A stretch of DNA of 64,000 nt from Octopus vulgaris (Eukaryota): positions 48,236,001 to 48,300,000 of the forward strand of contig OX597829.1 of assembly GCA_951406725.2 (NCBI GenBank), written 5' to 3'. Both the position numbers and the translations under genes were made by a program. Each line of letters starts with the position of its first letter. The first letter of the stretch is position 1. Below, piece by piece: positions 41,201-53,911 of the stretch. The notes beneath the pieces are model-generated. The model was not told the origin of the DNA. It was given only the letters and a program-made list of their open reading frames with translations, and did not search any database.

Positions 41201-41603
41201 TGGTTGTTCATATACACACCACTGGTTGTTCATATACACGCCACTGGTTGTTCATATACACACCACTTGGTTGTTCATATACACACCACTGGTTGTTCAT
41301 ATACACACCACTGGTTGTTCACATACACACCACTGGTTGTTCATATACACGCCACTGGTTGTTCACATACACGCAATTGGTTGTTCATATACACACCACT
41401 GGTTGTTCATATACACACCACTGGTTGTTCATATACACATCACTGGTTGTTCATATACACACCACTGGTTGTTCATATACACACCACTGGTTGTTCTTAT
41501 ACACGCCACTGGTTGTTCACATACACGCAATTGGTTGTTCATATACACACCACTGGTTGTTCACATACACGCAATTGGTTGTTCATATACACACCACTGG
41601 TTG
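38291..41603. repeat. 22-bp minisatellite GGTTGTTCATATACACACCACT, ~150 copies
   Basis: Direct reading; variants ..CACGCAATT, ..CATGCCACT, ..CACACTATT; runs into a family B SINE at 41599. Confidence 0.97.
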
Positions 41604-41720
41604 ACTTTACCTTTCATCCTTTCAGGGTCGATAAATTAAGTACCAGTTGCATACTGAGGTCAATCTAATTGACTGGTTTGCTCCCCACAAATTTCAAGTC
41701 TTGTGCCGATAGGAAAAAGG

Positions 41721-41782
<62 letters not shown>

Positions 41783-41784
41783 CA

Positions 41785-41859
<75 letters not shown>

Positions 41860-41876
41860 GTAGTAGTAGTAGTAGT

Positions 41877-41909
<33 letters not shown>

Positions 41910-42214
41910 TATTATTATCATTATTATTATTATTATCATTATTATTATTATTAAGGTGGCATGCTAGCAGAATCATTAACATACTAGAAGAAATGCTTAG
42001 CAATCTTTTGCCCATCGCTATGTTCTAAGTTCAAATTTGCCAAGGTCGACTTTACCATTCATTGTTTTGGAGTTGATAAATTAAGTACCAGTGAAACACT
42101 AGGGTCACTGTAATTGACTAGTTCCCCCACCACCCGCCCCAAATTTCAGGCCGTGCGGCTTTAGTAGAAAGGATTCGTCTTCTCCTCCTCCTCTCCTCCT
42201 CCTCCTCCTCCTCC

Positions 42215-42290
<76 letters not shown>

Positions 42291-42314
42291 TATTATCATT
42301 ATCATTATTATTAT

Positions 42315-42873
42315 TGAGTGAGAGAGCAGTTCATGCCATCAAACTGACACTGGGGTAAAATATATACGAAGCCCAATATACCCATCATGACTACCCGTCT
42401 GATAAGGGTACACCAGGCACATGCATCACAACCATATGTGCGCGACATGGTGATCTCATATCAAGATAAACAGCACATGACCTTGCAGGTGGGGCCCAGT
42501 TAGAATTTTCTTCAGGTTGAGTAGCCCATCCCTCTCAAACAGTCCCTGAATAAGGGTTGTTTAAGGATGTTGAAAGAATCACCCATGTTTCCAGAGATTA
42601 ATTATCTAAACCTCAAAGAATCCCTCTCAACACATGGCTGTGATGCTCCCCCACTACTTCTGCTCGTGATCAGAAATGCACATATCGTCAGCCACTAAGG
42701 GACATGCTCAACTGGTTAAGGTCAAACAACTGACAAGCAAATCTGTGGTATTGAGCAGAATATTTGCTGTAGCCCATCTTTTATACCAAGACAAAACAAT
42801 GTACATGATAGCACTTCCAATCAGTTAAGATCAGAAGCCATGAGAGCCACTGCCTGGTACTGCATCAGGGCAT
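42315..42873 (-). mobile_element. ~560-bp non-coding element inserted in a (TAA)n tract; probable non-autonomous retroelement
   Basis: Sharp boundaries with (ATT)n on both sides, higher GC, no ORF. Confidence 0.5.
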
Positions 42874-42910
<37 letters not shown>

Positions 42911-43059
42911 CATCATCATTGTCGTCATTGTTGTTGTTGTTATAATTATTACACACACACATACACAGACACACACACACACACGCACACACATATAAAG
43001 TCATAAATGACAAATATTTTCATAAATTTTTATTTAACACTAACAAAAACCCTAATATT

Positions 43060-44880
43060 GCAACAAAATATTTTGTAACTCAAAAACAAGCCAATAATTT
43101 ATATTATCATATTTAATAACATTCACCTAGCTTTACATGTTTGCATTTTTTATTGTCTTCAAAATATTATCCTTTTGAAGCAATGCATCAGTTCAGGCAT
43201 ATTTTCCACAGTTCAAAGCTGTGTTGTATGATACAAGAAACCAGCACCATTTTGTGCGAGATCTCACAAGCAACCATAGCAAGGTCCAAGACAAGAGCGA
43301 GATCTCGCCTACAACCATGTTTGCCATGCACGAGACCACAGCGAGACTCTCGTGGGCAACATCTATTTAAGGAGGCATATTAAGGAACCTGTCTCTCTCT
43401 CTCTCTCTCTCTTGCGTTTGCACCCACGTTGAATAACACTGCAAACTGGCAGCTCACAGCAGATTCTTAACCCACTCTAACTTTACCCGTTATCTCCAGA
43501 GGTAATGTACCTCACGGGAACAGAGCTATAATGAACCACGTGCTGCTATACAGATGGTTGCCAGGAGCAAACCCCATGAAATGAGAACTAAAATAAACAA
43601 CCATTGAATTGCATCCGCATATAAGCTTCTTCTTCTTCTTCTTCAAGTTCCAGGTCCTAAGATTACAGAAAATAATTATAATGGGAGAAGGAGATATTCC
43701 ACAAGCATCATGAACCTTCTAGAACCATTATAGCTGTACTGGAATTCTTGTAATGTAATGCCTTTTAATGCATCCATCATTTTTTTTCTTCACTTCTTCC
43801 ATATCTACAAAATGTTTTCTTTGAAGGCCTTTTATCATTCAGAGGAACACAAGAAGCTTTAGGGAGCGAGATCAGGTGAATAGGGAGGATGTGTAAGTGG
43901 TGTCATACCATTTTTGGTCAAAAACTGTCTCACAGGCACATTGTCATGATCAGACCACCACTCTCCATTTTACCACAGGTTGCCACCATGTCTCACACCA
44001 CTCTCTACTTTGCCACTTTGCCTCCACGTCTCACAAATGGTTCCTAACTGCCAAGTAAAATTTCTGGTTAAGAGTTTGACCAGGATGAACAAATTCTGTG
44101 TGGACAATTCCTTTCTCAGTGACGAAACAAATCATCATGGTCTTCACATTGGACTTCACTTGGTACACCTTTTTGGGATGTGGTGACATTGAATGCTTCC
44201 ATTGACTTGATTGCTGCTTCATTTCTGGGTCGTAGCCATAACACCAGCTTTTGTCACCAGTGATGACCTTCAAAAAGAGGTCCAGATCAACTGTTCTTTC
44301 AGTTCACAACATGCATTCAGTCATGGCTGCTTTTGATTTTCTGTGAGCAAACGAGGCACAAATTTTGCTGCAATTCTTTTCATTCACTATTCCTTGCTCA
44401 AAATTCTTTGGCAGGAGCTTCAGGATGCACCAGTCACATAAGCAAGTTTTGCAATTGTTTGGCGCTGGCCCTCCAAAATCAGTTCATGAATTTTTGCGAT
44501 GTTTTCATTCATTCTGGAAGTTGATGGTCACTCTGAATGATGTTGGTCTTCAAGAGACAAGTCACCATTCCTAAAGTGTGAAAACCTCTTGTAAACTTGT
44601 GCTTTGCTCATGCCAGCGTCATTGTAAGCTGTTTGAAGCATGACAACTGTTTCGGTTGCCATTTTCCCCAGCAGAAAACAGGATTTCATGGAAGCAAGCT
44701 GTTCCTTCATTTCAGCCATCGCAAAAATTGACAAACAAGGGAGAAGCACTGTAAAACAAAAACACACTACATAGCAATACAACTTTACTTGGTGCCACCA
44801 GTCCGCAGACTGATGCCGGGGGGTTGCATCAAGTGGCTTCTAGCGGCAGAAGCCTGAACTACAACAGACTTGTTTCACAG
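43060..44880 (-). pseudogene. Decayed mariner transposon
   Basis: MAEMKEQLASMKSCFLLGK HTH start, VITGDKSWCYGYDPE, HPPYSPDLAP (~43862-43892) in broken frames. Confidence 0.9.
43220..43703 (+). mobile_element. Putative solo LTR inserted in the mariner 3' end
   Basis: TGTG...CACA termini, (A)AGC on both sides, TATA-like TATTTAAG and downstream AATAAA. Confidence 0.5.
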
Positions 44881-45154
44881 AGAATGTTCAAGTTGCTTTT
44901 GGGTATCCCTTTATTGTTACATGTTTGCATTAATGCAAAATGTAAAAGAATTCACTCAAAACAATGCAGGAATTTTAGCTATGTTAATAAAAACTGCCAC
45001 AATTGTTTTGCCTCGTTCTTACACCTGTAGATCATAGGTGAGTTGTTGTCAGTCAACTGTCTTGCATTACAGATGTAGAATGTGTATGTATGTCTATGTA
45101 TGTATATCTCTGCGTGTGTGTGTCCATATGTATGTATATGTCTATATATGTATA

Positions 45155-45286
45155 CAGGGTGATTCAAAAGTCACCAAACATAGGAAAAATGTATTTTTTT
45201 AATAAGAAACAGTTTAAATAAAAAAAAAACTGTTTCTTATAAAAAAATAAATTGTTCTTATGTTTGGCGACTTTTGAATCACCCTG
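45155..45286. mobile_element. Tc1/mariner MITE
   Basis: TA|CAGGGTGATTCAAAAGTC...GACTTTTGAATCACCCTG|TA, palindromic along its length. Confidence 0.85.
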
Positions 45287-45441
45287 TATGTGTATGGGGG
45301 GGGGGGTTTGTGTGTGTGTACCTATTTATGTGTGTATGTGTATATATATATATATCAGCATGTATGTGTATATATTCGTGTGATATCTGTGTGAATATAT
45401 GTGTGTGTATGTGTATATATGTATATATATTAATATATATG

Positions 45442-45473
<32 letters not shown>

Positions 45474-45529
45474 TGTTTGTATGTATGTATGTATGTATGT
45501 ATGTATGTATGTATGTATGTGTGTGTGTG

Positions 45530-45576
<47 letters not shown>

Positions 45577-45621
45577 ATATATCAATATACATATATCTAT
45601 ATATATATATTTATATACATA

Positions 45622-46129
45622 TCAGCAACAAAAATATTCAGAAGCAAATATTTATATAGATATTAATATTGATATTATCATCAAAGGCAATACAAATAGT
45701 TTATGATAACAACAATATTAACATAGCAGGCTGCAGGCCTAAATCAGCATTATATAGCTATGGAATTAAAATTACATTAATCAAAGGAGACATTAAAATG
45801 TCTACCTGCTAGAAATAAGAGTTAAAAACCATCATTTGGACCACCAAAAACTACTTACACTGAAAATAACAGATTCAAAAGTACATGGGCAAGTGAACCT
45901 TAAAAAGATCTCTCACAAACCATTATAGCATAACTCTATATATTTAATGGAATAAGTATATATGTGCACCAGTTTCTGGTTTGATACAAAGATCTTACCT
46001 TCTTCAGCACATCTTCCCAGTCCGCCATATTAAAATCTGTTGGTGTCCTTAATTGCTTAGCACCAAATTGTGGACAGCCTCAATGTGAAAATACTCAGCA
46101 AAAATATTCAGAAGCGAATATTTATATAG
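45622..46129 (-). mobile_element. ~470-bp unit with ~35-nt direct terminal redundancy and a hammerhead-like motif (45962-46012)
   Basis: TCAGCAA..AAATATTCAGAAGC.AATATTTATATAG at 45622-45659 and 46095-46129; minus strand ATGTG-CTGAAGA-AGGT..ACCA-GAAA-CTGG-TG-CACAT. Confidence 0.6.
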
Positions 46130-46359
46130 CGAGTGGAGGAGGAATGAAAGTAGCTTCCTGGAGAGAAACCTGTGCATACAAAAAAAAAGCACCCAGTACA
46201 TGACATAAAGTATTACAGTCTTTAAAATTGTATTGGTATTCTGAAACCCTGGTTGAAAAGATCATCTCTGGCAAGCAAAGCCAAGCTGTGAGAGAGATGA
46301 GATGAGGACAAATATCCATCAAATGTAAATAATGTACATAATTCCTCATCTCTCATATA

Positions 46360-46960
46360 TAGAACTATAAAAAAAAATTATGTCTAGACTATCAGAAGTG
46401 GTCACTGGCTCAATGGAAGAATGTTCTCTGATGAATCATCATTCAATCATTTTTCCCCACTGGAGGTCACGTTTATGTCTGGAAACAGCCAAAAGAAACC
46501 TTTAGCCCTGACTATTTAGCTCTTACTGTGAAACATAGAGGTGGTTCTGTGATGGATGGGTTGGCCATATGTTGGAACTCTCTTAACCCTTCAGTTGTTT
46601 TACAAGGTAAATTTCAGGCCAAACAGTTATCTGAGTATTTTGGTTGACTGTGTCCATCCTATGGTACGAACATTGTTTCCTAATGGTAAAGTAATCTTCC
46701 AGGATAATAAACTTTTCTACTCTAGGCACAAATTTTTGGGAAGGGAACCAGTTGATTAGATCAACCCCAGTATGCAACTGGTACTTAATTTATCGACCCT
46801 GAAATGATGAAAGGCAAAGTTGTATCTCTGCAGAATTTGAAATCAGAACACAAAGACAGATGAAATACCACTAAGCATTTTGCCTGGGGTGCTAACAATT
46901 CTGCCAGTTCGGCAGGATAATAAAGCACTGATTTACACAGTTGATGTTATCCAAAACTGT
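46360..46960 (+). pseudogene. Tc1 transposase fragment interrupted by a family B SINE (46712-46912)
   Basis: WKNV.SDES, TVKHRGGSVM, IFQDNK motifs; 12-bp TSD CAGGATAATAAA at 46700-46711 and 46913-46924. Confidence 0.8.
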
Positions 46961-47923
46961 ATGTATTCTCATGCATATAGTTACATATATCTAGACATGC
47001 TCATATATATTTAAATGATAAACTTCTGGAAAGTTTTATAGATTTTCACAGTTCCGGTGAAGGATTGGATCAGTAGTCTTCGAATTAGCTTTCTCATTTC
47101 TGGCTTTGAGAAGCCTAATTTCTCAAGATTGGTATTTAGGCAGTGTGTTACATATCTCAGGGCCCCAGTAATTACAGGTATATACCTGAACTTGTAATCT
47201 GGATAGAGTAACTGTAGATTTCTCAATAGTTGTATGTATGTATGTATGTATGTATGTATGTATGTATGTATGTATGCATTGTAGTGGTGGTGGTGGTGGT
47301 GGTGGTGACAGTATTACTCATAGTTTTGCTCATTTTGTTGTTGTTGTAATTACTGCTGCAGTTGTGGCTGTTGCTGCTGTTGCTGCTGCAGTACAATGCA
47401 TCACAGTAGCAGAGATGCAAATTCTTTAAATGTTGTATGTTAAGGAGGAAGAAATCTTTTTGCACCAATTGTTAGAAGGAATCAGAGATATAATTCACTC
47501 TCTTTCCAAAGTTGCCTCCCACCAGTGCCAAATTAAAGAATTACCCAGAGACTTCACAACTCTGGGAGCCCAACTCTCGTCTATTTATGTTGTGGCTTAC
47601 TGTCAATAAATAATACCATGGGACCCAATGTATTGATTTGCTCAAGAGCCTATTGTACTGCCAGGAGGGCTCTGCTTCCCACTTCTGGTTGTTAAAGAAG
47701 TTGCCATCTGTTAAATTCATATTTTTTTCAAACGACAAACATTTCAGAATTTTGTTTAAATTTTTGACCCAAAGGGAAAAGAAACAGAAAAGCCAAATAG
47801 CCCATGGGCCACTCGGTTAGTTTAACTAAAAGTAAATAACAGAAGGTATACAAATAAACAAAAACTTATGAAACCACTCCAGTATGTGTTGTCAGTACAA
47901 TGAATAATAATAATAATAATAAC

Positions 47924-47970
<47 letters not shown>

Positions 47971-47983
47971 TAATAATAGCAAC

Positions 47984-48044
<61 letters not shown>

Positions 48045-48282
48045 GTAATTGCTTTCTTTTTTTCATTTTTTCCTATTTTTAATTATTTTCCCTTTTTTCC
48101 TTTTTCTTTCTTCCTTTCTCCCCCCTTTTTTCTACTACATGACTTTGTAAATGAACAATCTGGTGTGTTTATTTTAATGGCTTATCAATGTATACTAGGC
48201 CTTAGGTGTCAGGAAGACACTCTGCAAGAAATGGAAACAAAACTGAAAGAAGAGGATAAATAATAAAAATAATAATAATAAC

Positions 48283-48333
<51 letters not shown>

Positions 48334-48334
<1 letters not shown>

Positions 48335-50508
48335 CCTGAAGCAATTCTTCCGAATGTTAGGAGACAATGGGGAAAATGTTGCTCCTAATGCAAATCAAGC
48401 CAAGGAGTTCTGGAGCTGATTATGGGGAAAACGTGGATAGGAACTATCAAGACAGAATTATAAGGAGGAAAGAAACAAAGAAATATTGTCATAAGCACGG
48501 TTGATGTGAAAGAACAAATGGGTAAAGTGCCTAACTAGAAAGACCCCGGACCAGATGGGATTCATGGCTTCTGGCTGAAGAGATGACATGTGGTACATGA
48601 AAGACTAGCTGCCTAATTGAATGAGTATGTTCAGAAAGGTACAATCCTTGCGTGGATGGTGACTGGGAGGACAACACTTGTAATGAAAGATAGAAGAATA
48701 TTGTGGGAAACTACCGTCCCAAAGCATACCTAAACATAATCTGGAAGATACTCGCTGGAATATGCGTGGCAAAGACATATGCTTTCCTGGCACAGGAAGA
48801 AATACTATCAAGGGAACAAAAAGGATGTAGGAAGAGTTCTCAAAGTACTAAGGATCACCTGGTCATCGATAAAACAGTTTTGAAGCATTGTAAAAAAAAT
48901 CATACAAACATGTCTAAGGCTTAGATTGATTTTAAGAAGGCATTTGATATGATGCCTCATTCCTGGATCACAAATTTTCTGATGTATAGCATGAAAGAGT
49001 GGAAAACCAAATTGTACTCAAGTAATGTATTCCTTGGAGAAGTTAATATTAAAAGGGGAATCTTCCAAGGTAACTCATTTTCTCCATTACTTTTTGTAAT
49101 TGCACCAATACCCATAAAAATGACACTTAGGAAAGTTAAGATACGTTTACTGATGCGGGAAAAAAGACCCATCATTGAACCATCTTCTGTTTATGTATGA
49201 CCTGAAATTGTTTGGGAAATCTGAAAAACAGATAGATTCCATAATCAAAACAGTTCAGAAGTGTGGTAAGGACATTGGTATGGAATTTGGGATTACCAAA
49301 TGCACTGTACTTAATATGAAAAGAGGGAAGAAAGATTCCTTCAGAGGATTATGGTTACCAGCAGGAAAGATGGTAGTGGGTAATCGCATGGACAGTAGAC
49401 AAACTAAATAGCTTAGACAGAAAGACAAGAAAATTCCTGACTAGATATGGGATACTCCACCCAAAAAGTGACACAGACAGACTATATGTACCAAGAAAAG
49501 AGGGAGAAGAGGACTTATTGGATGTAAACACAGCATTAGATCAGAAGAAAATAACATAGCATTGTATGTAAAAAATTCCACAGAACCACTATTATTAGAA
49601 GTAAGAAGGCTTGGGTAAGATGAAAGCCTACAAAGATAAAGCACTATACAAGAAACTGAAAACGAATGAAACTGAAAATTGGTGAGTAAAGAAAAGAATG
49701 CACGGTCAATTTTATAGGGATGTTGAAGATAAGACAGAGAAAAAAGATGGCTGTGGATGACTAAAAGTGATTTAAAACCGGAATCGGAAGCTCTAATCTG
49801 TGCTGCCCAAGAGCAAGTACTAAGAACAAACTACATAAGCTACAGAGTAGACAACAATTCAGAAAGTGATAAGTGCTGAATTTGCAGACAAAATGGTGAA
49901 ACCGTATGGTATATTTCCAGCTAGTGTATGCCACTAGCCCAGAAGAAATATAAGAGACACCACAACAATATAGCCAGGGTTGTCCATTGGACACTTTGCA
50001 ATAAGTATGGACTTGACAGAGCAAAGAATTGGTATGACCACAAACCTGAGGGCATTGTCGAAAATAGAAATGCAAAGATCCTGGGATTTTATGATTCAGT
50101 ACAACCACGAGATAGAGAACAGGAAGCTGGACATAGTCTTAATTGAGAAAGAAAGCAAACTATGCTGGATCATAGATATAGCATACCCAGCTGACAACAA
50201 GGTATGCGATGAGGAAGAAAGAAAAGTTGAGAGATATGACAGGTTACCTTGGGAAGTTAAGCAGCTGTGGTCGATGAAAAAGGTAGCAGTAGTACCAATA
50301 ATTGTCAGAGCCCTAGGAACAGTGAACAAAAATCTCAAGAAGTACGTGGAACAAATAGGGTGGAGCACATGCAGGAAACAGTACTGTTTGGAACTGCTTG
50401 AATACTCCGGATGATGCTCGAAAAATAAGGAGCGATACCTTAGTTCACTGGTAGTGAACTGCTGGCACTGTAGTATATCTCCAGTGATAGAAATTGTGCA
50501 AAGACAAT
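48334..50508 (+). pseudogene. Decayed R4/Dong-like LINE (RT plus REL endonuclease) inserted in (TAA)n
   Basis: PGPDGIHGFWLK, GNYRP, EQKGCRK, DFKKAFD, GIFQGNSFSPLLF, HLLFMYDLK, LDIVLI..IIDIAYPAD; (TAA)n on both sides. Confidence 0.9.
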
Positions 50509-50533
50509 AAATAAATAATAATAATAATAATAA

Positions 50534-50908
50534 AGAACATGCATAATAATCGACATAACATGCCCCGGTGACAACAGGATCAAAGTGAAAGAAAATAAAA
50601 TAAACAACTACAACAACTTAAAGTGGGAAATACGAAGGTTGTGGTCAATGAAGAGAGTAGACGTGATACCAATAGTAACTGGTGCCCTTGGAAGTATCAG
50701 CACTCAGCTACCAACATGGGTGAAAAAGATTGGTGCAAGTGTGAAGGTAGAACACCTACAAAAATCAGCATTGCTTGGAACTGCAAAATTTCTTTGTAGG
50801 GTCCTTGAAGCATGACCAGTAAACATGCGTCACCTTAGTCTGCTGACTGTGGACAGCTGACACTTTCCATCATACACAGCAAAATAAACTGTGAGTTTTC
50901 CTTACCTA
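50534..50908 (+). pseudogene. Second R4/Dong-like 3' end inserted in the first element's (TAA)n tail
   Basis: CIIIDITCPGD..KINNYNNLKWEIRRLW..VIPIVTGALG..LQKSALLGTA. Confidence 0.8.
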
Positions 50909-51154
50909 ACAACAACAACAACAACAACAACTACAATAGTAAGAAGAAGGAAAATAGAAACAAAAAAAAAAATAATGAAGTAGAACTGGCTTGACCTTAA
51001 TTTAATTGTTCTGCTGGATAAAAGGTCATTAAATATGTCAGCATGGTTGAACTTGACAAAGAATCACATCTCAACAAGTAAATGTGTATGTGTGTGTGTG
51101 TGTGTGTGCATGAGTGCATATGTACATGTGTGTATATACCTGTCTATCTATTTA

Positions 51155-51630
51155 CCTACTTACCTACCTACCTACCTACCTACCTACCTACGTACCTACC
51201 TACCTACGTACCTACCCACCTAACACCCACCCACCCACTTACCTACCTACCTACATACCTACCTACCTACCTACCTACGTACCTACGTACCTACATACCT
51301 ACCCACCTAACACCAACCCACCTACCTACCTACCTACCTACCCACCTAACACCCACCCACCTACCTACCTACGTACCTAAGTACCTACCCACCTAACACC
51401 CACCCACCTACCCACCTACCTACGTACCTACCTACGTACCTACCTACCTACCCACCTAACACCCACCCACCTACCTACGTACCTACCTACCTACGTACAT
51501 ACCTACCTACCTACCTACCTACCCTACCTACGTACCTACGTACCTACCCACCTAACACCCATCCACCTACCTACCTACCTACCTGCCTACCTACCTACCT
51601 ACCTACCTACCTACCTACCTACCTAACTAC
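51155..51630. repeat. (CCTA)n with recurring CCCACCTAACACCCACCC block
   Basis: Direct reading. Confidence 0.9.
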
Positions 51631-51769
51631 TTATGTATGTGTTCAGAAAGGATTACTGAAGAGGTCACAGACGTGTGATGAAAGATTTCCTTACAATGGA
51701 CATAAGATAAAATAAGAACAGTAATAAATAAGCAAAGAATAAATATACGCACACACGCAGGAAGTAAAT

Positions 51770-52042
51770 AGACACCTTTAATTTTCGAAATCATTTATTT
51801 AATACGCAAAGCGAACAATTGAAATGTAATCGATAGGTAGGACTACATACTTTAGTATTTAGTTGACATTCCCTTTGCAGTTTTTAATTCAGAAACTCTT
51901 TTTGGCATTGAACTGATGAGCTTTGTGATTGTCTCTTGTGGAATTTCTGCCCACTTTTCATGCAACAATCAAAACAATTCATCTTTAGATTTAGGTTTCT
52001 GTCGAGTTTTTCGTATAGCTCTATCTAGTATGCTCCATAGAG
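51770..52042 (-). pseudogene. Tc1 transposase C-terminal fragment
   Basis: Minus strand LWSILDRAIRK..PKSKDELF..WAEIPQETITKLISSMPKR..AKGMSTKY*. Confidence 0.8.
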
Positions 52043-52047
52043 CCTTT

Positions 52048-52422
52048 TCATCATCATCATCATCATCATTTAACGTCCGCTTTCCATGCTAGCATGGGTT
52101 GGACGGTTCAACTGGGTTCTGGGAAGCCCGAAGGCTGCACCAGGCCCAGTCTGATCTGGCAGTGTTTCTACGGTTGGATGCCCTTCCTAATGCCAACCAC
52201 TCCGTGTGTGTAGTGGGTGCTTTTTACGTGCCACCTGCACAGGTGCCAGATGAGGCTGGCAAACGGCCACGATTGGATGGTGCTTTTTATGTGCCACCGG
52301 CACAGGGGCCAGACAAGGCTGGCAACGGTCACAATCAGATGGTGCTTTTTACATGCCACCGGCACGGAGGCCAGTCGGCACGGAGGCCAGTCGGCACAGA
52401 GGCCAGTCAGCACGGAGGCCAG
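52048..52422 (-). mobile_element. SINE family E
   Basis: (CAT)n tail; 18-bp tandem GGCACGGAGGCCAGTC at the truncated end. Confidence 0.8.
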
Positions 52423-52439
52423 TCTATAATGTTATTCAA

Positions 52440-53235
52440 TAAAATAGCCTTCAGTTTCAGCAACTGCTTCTATATTAGATCTAAATCATCTACATGCTCG
52501 AATCAAATGGTCCTGGTTCATTTTGGACATTACTCTAATTATGGCAGCTTTCATTGAATCTTTGGTGTTATGGGCATGTTCACTGACCTCTCTCTCAACA
52601 ATGCTCCATATGTAATATGGATTGGGTTACTAGAGCCATGTGTGATAGTGCAGAGTATTACTGAATCACATATGGCCTACCATTACATACACAGTCTATC
52701 CAGGGCATAAGAATTATTTCCAGGAACTCAATGTAGGCGGCAGAGTTAATTCTAAGGCCTTATGGAAAGAAGTAATGAAGCATCACATGTCCTTCATTGC
52801 TGGCAACCCCCAAAACCATGACAGTTGCAGTAAATTTTTTTTCCTAACACTTGGAACTTTAGAACGGTCTGCACATAATCATCTGTCATCTCTTCAGTTA
52901 ACTTTTTGATCTTGGTCGAAGTTTTTCCCATTTAAAAAAAAACAAATCAAATTTTCTTCTGCTGGATTTTTCAGTTTGTTTAAGAGCCTTTTAGATCTGA
53001 TGTAGTGATTTTCTTTTGCTTTTTCTGACAAATTGACCATTTGTCATCATATAAGACATCTAATGTCTTCATGGGCAACATTTCTTACTGTTCCTTCTAA
53101 CACATGGAGATCTTTTGCAATTGACCTCATGGACTTTCTGGGATTATAATCAATGGTCTGTTGAACTTGCTGGGTAAATTCAGGTGTTTTAATGATTTCA
53201 GAGCATTTAGAATGCTTTTTATGCTTTGATACTGG
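52440..53235 (-). pseudogene. Decayed Tc1/mariner-superfamily transposase
   Basis: Minus strand KFTATVMVLGVASNEGHV motif near 52785-52835. Confidence 0.55.
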
Positions 53236-53238
53236 TTA

Positions 53239-53468
53239 GGTGGTGAGCTGGCAGAAACGTTAGCACGCCAGGCAAAATGCGTAGCCGTATTTCATCAGCC
53301 GTTACGTTCTGAGTTCAAACCCGCCAAGGTCGACTTTGCCTTTCATCCTTTCGGGGTCGATAAATTAAGTACCAGTTATGCACTGGGTCGATATAATCAA
53401 CTTAATCCGCTTGTCTGTCCTTGTTTGTCCTCTCTGTGTTTAGCCCCTTGTGGGCAGTAAAGAAATAG
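53239..53468 (+). mobile_element. SINE family B, full length
   Basis: GGTGAGCTGGCAGAAACGTTAGCACG head; TSD-like GATACTGGTTA on both sides. Confidence 0.85.
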
Positions 53469-53475
53469 ATACTGG

Positions 53476-53807
53476 TTATACTTGTGTTTTTCTCCATCAC
53501 AACATATAAATGAAAAAGGAAGAGGTGATAGATGAATAAGGAAGGAAGGGGTGATGACAAACTGGTAGTGGGAGCATTTCAACTCTGTATGAGAATATGT
53601 GTGTTTGTGTGTGCGTGTACAAAGGAAGTATGTGAGTGTTTGTATGTGTGAACCAGCGTTCTTTCAGTAACAAACAAAGACTGATGTCACATTTCAAAAG
53701 ATAATCACTAGATAACATTGACAAGTGTATTAATTTGAATTACCATCCATATTTATACATAAAATACTACAATTAGACGTCATTTTTGATGGCACGGGGC
53801 CAGCTAG
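53476..53807 (+). mobile_element. Non-autonomous Helitron (family 2), second copy
   Basis: Homologous to 23596-24016; ends GGCACGGGGCCAGCTAG|T. Confidence 0.6.
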
Positions 53808-53857
53808 TTATATAATAAACAGTTATATATCAAAATTTTGAAGCTGCAAAATAATTG

Positions 53858-53911
<54 letters not shown>

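Noticed and set aside
38291-41603. CRISPR-like array
   Set aside because: No unique spacers, only point variants of a tandem unit; eukaryotic context and no cas genes
38231-41668. ORFs of up to 986 aa with an LVVHIHTTGCSYTHHWLFIYTP repeat
   Set aside because: A stop-free 22-bp unit gives the same peptide in all three frames; indels do not respect frame, so there is no sign of coding constraint
42815-42873. U2 snRNA-like CCTGGTACTGCA stem-loop
   Set aside because: Only ~12 nt of resemblance; the rest of U2 is absent
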